From positions 96,001 to 160,000 of IMG/VR virus record IMGVR_UViG_3300036399_001571: 64,000 nucleotides of DNA; one strand, given 5' to 3'. The number at the start of each line of letters is the position of its first letter. The first letter of the stretch is position 1. Shown here piece after piece: positions 61,069-64,000 of this stretch. The notes beneath the pieces were generated by a model. It ran no database searches and was not told the DNA's origin. It worked only from the letters and a program-made list of their open reading frames with translations. A program made the position numbers and the translations under genes. The DNA is from a virus.

Positions 61069-64000
61069 TTAGTCGACCATCAAATCTAATTGTCCGCTTT
61101 TTCTGATGCTGTCAAGTGTTTTCTTTAGTTCTGCTTCAACTTCTGCATCGATGTTTCTTTTAATTATCTCATCAACCCTGGTTGTTGGACTGGCTGTTTT
61201 GTCGTAAGAGCGAGGGTTCTCGATGTTTATTCCCTGTGGGTGAGCGAACTTAACATAACCAACTCCCATGCCTTCATACTTCTCTTTAATCTTCTTGGCG
61301 GCGCGGTACTCCTTGAGCTTGACCATGCTTGCCGTATTCAGTGGTTTGCCCCCAGATATTGAATAGAAGTAGGCAACCTCTTCTGGCGTGAATCCAAGTT
61401 TCTCAAGTTTTGATGCAAGCGACCTGTCGTTCACCACATCTGAGATATCTTCTGATTCAGCAATCTTGGCCACCTTTGAATACGGGTAGTGAATTCCCTC
61501 AACTTCATTCTTCTTGAATCCACCAAGAATCTGAGCCTCAAATGGCTCATGGGAACGAGCCGATGAGTCAACTGACCCAACTGGTGCCATCTTTCCATTT
61601 TCATCCATTGACGCATTGACGGAAGAAAAGTTCTTATCCATCTTTGCTCCGAGTAGATGAAGCATTGCTTCAGTGTTCTGTTTCTTTGAAGAAATTCCGT
61701 CAGCATTCATGATTGCGTCGGCAATGTCGTCAGGGTCGTTGGAGTTCATCGCTACTGGTCTGTGCGCCGACTGTAGAGCCTCTCCACGCCCATAGGCGGT
61801 GCGATTAGACACTTCAGGCTTAAGGATTACCTCTATTTCTCCGAGTGCAGTAAGACCGTCGCCAACCACGTCATTATCGCCAATCTCAAAGATTGCATCA
61901 CTTCCGATGTTCCCCTTGCCAGATGCGGCTATCTGCCTCTTCTTCTCTTCGTTGTGTGAACGATGCACAACATATCCGCTTACTGGTTTTGCAGAGTTTG
62001 GGGTTGATTTGCTAATACCAATTCTGCTGTTGTACTCATCTCTAAATGCATCAGATGAGCGGCCAGCTCTTTTCCCAGAACTGAAAGCAGAATCCCCAAA
62101 TGGGTCGTATTCTGTTTTTGCTGGTGTGTAATCGTTCTCATTGTAACCATCAAATGGGTCATCATATTCACTTGATGCTGGTAGTGACTCGGAGCCAAAA
62201 CGACTACGCAGCTCAGCGAGGTCTGGTCCATCACTAATACCATCTTCGCCAATACCATCTTCGGTGTTTTTTTTCTTTTTTAGTTTTTTGAATTTCTTTC
62301 CAACTTTGTCTCTGGCTGAACCGACTATCTCGCCAGCATTTTCCAAAAGTTCAGCCCCCTCACCGCGTATGATGTCACCAAATTCATCAAGCCTCTGCTT
62401 GTTCTCATCTGTAACGACTCGCTCATCAATAAAATCTGAAGCAATAGTCCAAGCGTCTGCAAGCTTGTCCACCACTGGGTCCGGAAGGCCATTTGGTGCG
62501 ACTCTGTCCACGGCGGACATTGCAACATCCATTTGGTTTTGAGTTATCTTCCCTCTTTGAACTGCTTCTTCTAGACCACGCTCGGCAACTTCTCTTCCAG
62601 CTCTTCTGGCAACGTCAACTGCAAGCGCGGTTGCAAAACCAACAGGACCACCAGCCGCAAGAGCGCCAGCCATATTCACGCCGTACTTAACGCGTTCACG
62701 AGTGTCTTCGTCTGCTCCAGAACGCTTCAGAACTGCGTCCAACACTCTTCCTGTTGCGCGACTGCCAGCAATTCCGGCAACTCTCTGTGTTTTACTTGGC
62801 TTGTTCGTGGTTCGACGGCCAGACGAAAATCTATCGCCTACCATGACCCCTGTTGTCCCAGTAAATTTGTCTGATATGCCAACGCTCTTTTGAGCATTTT
62901 TGCTCATTCGCGCTAGTTCTTGTGGCCACAGTTCAAGTGTTGACGGTCTGCCTAACTGCTCTTCTGTTCCGGAAGCATTCATTTCAATATATGCATGTGG
63001 CATATTTGAATGCATTTGATAATTAAATCCCTCGCCTTTTGCAATTCTTCTCACGGCCGATTCCGCTCCAGTAGATGAGCTGTATTCTCCGGGTTTAAAG
63101 AAATGTTTTGCACCAAGTTCTTTTAGTGCTGTTCTGACCATTTCATTTGAATCACCGTCTTCTGTTGTTTTTACAACCTGAAAACTACCCTTTGGCATCT
63201 TTATTCCGCCACCTGGTTTAGGTGTTAAGACGGTGTCAACTGGGAAAAGAGAATCTACGCTGTCTGGATTATTTTCCAATACATCTCTAAGTCGAACAAC
63301 TATCACATTCGAACCTGGTTTTTGTTGGCGAGCAATATGACCACCAGCCATATGGTTGAGCGCAAAGTGTATAGTGTGTCTTTGGACGGTTACCTTTTCT
63401 CCTGAATCAGAGGTCAATTCATAGGCGCTAAGTGGTTTAAGTATTATGTTCCCGTCAGCGTCCAGTGGTGGGTCGTACTGAGTTTCGTGAACCAAGTACA
63501 AATCATCCACACCAATCTTGTCCAGACCCTCTTTCCGTTCTTGCAAAAGGTCGTCCTCAGAGAAAGATATTCCTTCAATAGATTTTTCTCTTTCTTCAGC
63601 AATAAGCTTCAAACCAATTTCAGAAAGCCTGTCGAACTCTTTTGCTGCGTCATCATCACCACGAACAGACGCATAAAGCAATGCGTCAACATTTGTTGAC
63701 CTTCCAGGACTTCCTCCTTCACTGAGGTGCGCGGCGCGGGCAGCTACCCACTTCTCAGCAAGTTCCTGTCCTTTATCACTTGTTCTATCCAGACCGGTTA
63801 TGGCGTAAGGATTTATCGGCACATTTTTTATCTCAGTGTCTGACTCCATTTCAAAATCATTAGTCGGACCACCGAATACGACAGACTCCCCTCCAATGTC
63901 GTATACATCAAATGCCTTCCTTTCTTCTCCGAATCGTCCTTCCTTTTTTGCAAATCCTTGAGTTGGAGATTTTTTAAGGTCTCCAGGTTTTAGCGTTCTC
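61069..64000 (-). CDS. Very large protein (5' end outside the window), putative internal virion protein with ART-like/DUF3626-like domains
   Basis: Frame stays open from 63849 to the window end (RTLKPGDLKK...NDFEMESDTE); LVHET..RHTIHFALN; GEIEVILKPEVSNRT..EAQILGG. Confidence 0.75.
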   Translation of the reverse strand, partial: RTLKPGDLKKSPTQGFAKKEGRFGEERKAFDVYDIGGESVVFGGPTNDFEMESDTEIKNVPINPYAITGLDRTSDKGQELAEKWVAARAAHLSEGGSPGRSTNVDALLYASVRGDDDAAKEFDRLSEIGLKLIAEEREKSIEGISFSEDDLLQERKEGLDKIGVDDLYLVHETQYDPPLDADGNIILKPLSAYELTSDSGEKVTVQRHTIHFALNHMAGGHIARQQKPGSNVIVVRLRDVLENNPDSVDSLFPVDTVLTPKPGGGIKMPKGSFQVVKTTEDGDSNEMVRTALKELGAKHFFKPGEYSSSTGAESAVRRIAKGEGFNYQMHSNMPHAYIEMNASGTEEQLGRPSTLELWPQELARMSKNAQKSVGISDKFTGTTGVMVGDRFSSGRRTTNKPSKTQRVAGIAGSRATGRVLDAVLKRSGADEDTRERVKYGVNMAGALAAGGPVGFATALAVDVARRAGREVAERGLEEAVQRGKITQNQMDVAMSAVDRVAPNGLPDPVVDKLADAWTIASDFIDERVVTDENKQRLDEFGDIIRGEGAELLENAGEIVGSARDKVGKKFKKLKKKKNTEDGIGEDGISDGPDLAELRSRFGSESLPASSEYDDPFDGYNENDYTPAKTEYDPFGDSAFSSGKRAGRSSDAFRDEYNSRIGISKSTPNSAKPVSGYVVHRSHNEEKKRQIAASGKGNIGSDAIFEIGDNDVVGDGLTALGEIEVILKPEVSNRTAYGRGEALQSAHRPVAMNSNDPDDIADAIMNADGISSKKQNTEAMLHLLGAKMDKNFSSVNASMDENGKMAPVGSVDSSARSHEPFEAQILGGFKKNEVEGIHYPYSKVAKIAESEDISDVVNDRSLASKLEKLGFTPEEVAYFYSISGGKPLNTASMVKLKEYRAAKKIKEKYEGMGVGYVKFAHPQGINIENPRSYDKTASPTTRVDEIIKRNIDAEVEAELKKTLDSIRKSGQLDLMVD

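Overview
This 64-kb window is part of a large tailed dsDNA phage genome, most likely infecting an actinobacterium. The host call rests on two WhiB genes, an actinobacterial-type SSB, an actinobacterial-type ferredoxin, leaderless starts and TCGAAC-N4-GTTCGA-type boxes. No integrase or CRISPR array was seen. There are three zones. (1) About 1-30.1 kb is a putative early/host-takeover region built as a modular array of short 1-5 gene cassettes. About 30 near-identical promoters (TTGTAA-ATCTGATATCG-N7-TANNNT) drive these cassettes. The spacers between them carry further DNA signals: inverted AGCCCCG/CGGGGCT pairs, six LexA-type SOS boxes, two perfect parS-like palindromes, several other repeat families and structured RNA candidates. 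Cargo includes a MoxR-type AAA+/vWA pair, two TM-LysM proteins, WhiB, a two-HARP SNF2 helicase and DUF932. (2) About 30.1-52 kb holds modification, replication and translation genes: 2OG-Fe(II) oxygenases, tandem SGNH-like paralogues, carbamoyltransferase, SLT, SSB, primase-helicase, WhiB, class II RNR, two HNH nucleases, five canonical tRNAs, two aberrant tRNA-like elements, ferredoxin and thermonuclease. (3) About 52-64 kb is a head module with an HK97-fold major capsid protein and several large putative internal head proteins. The best candidate for an undescribed system is the signal-laden cassette array in zone 1. All family assignments are from motif recognition by eye and counts are manual; no database searches were run.
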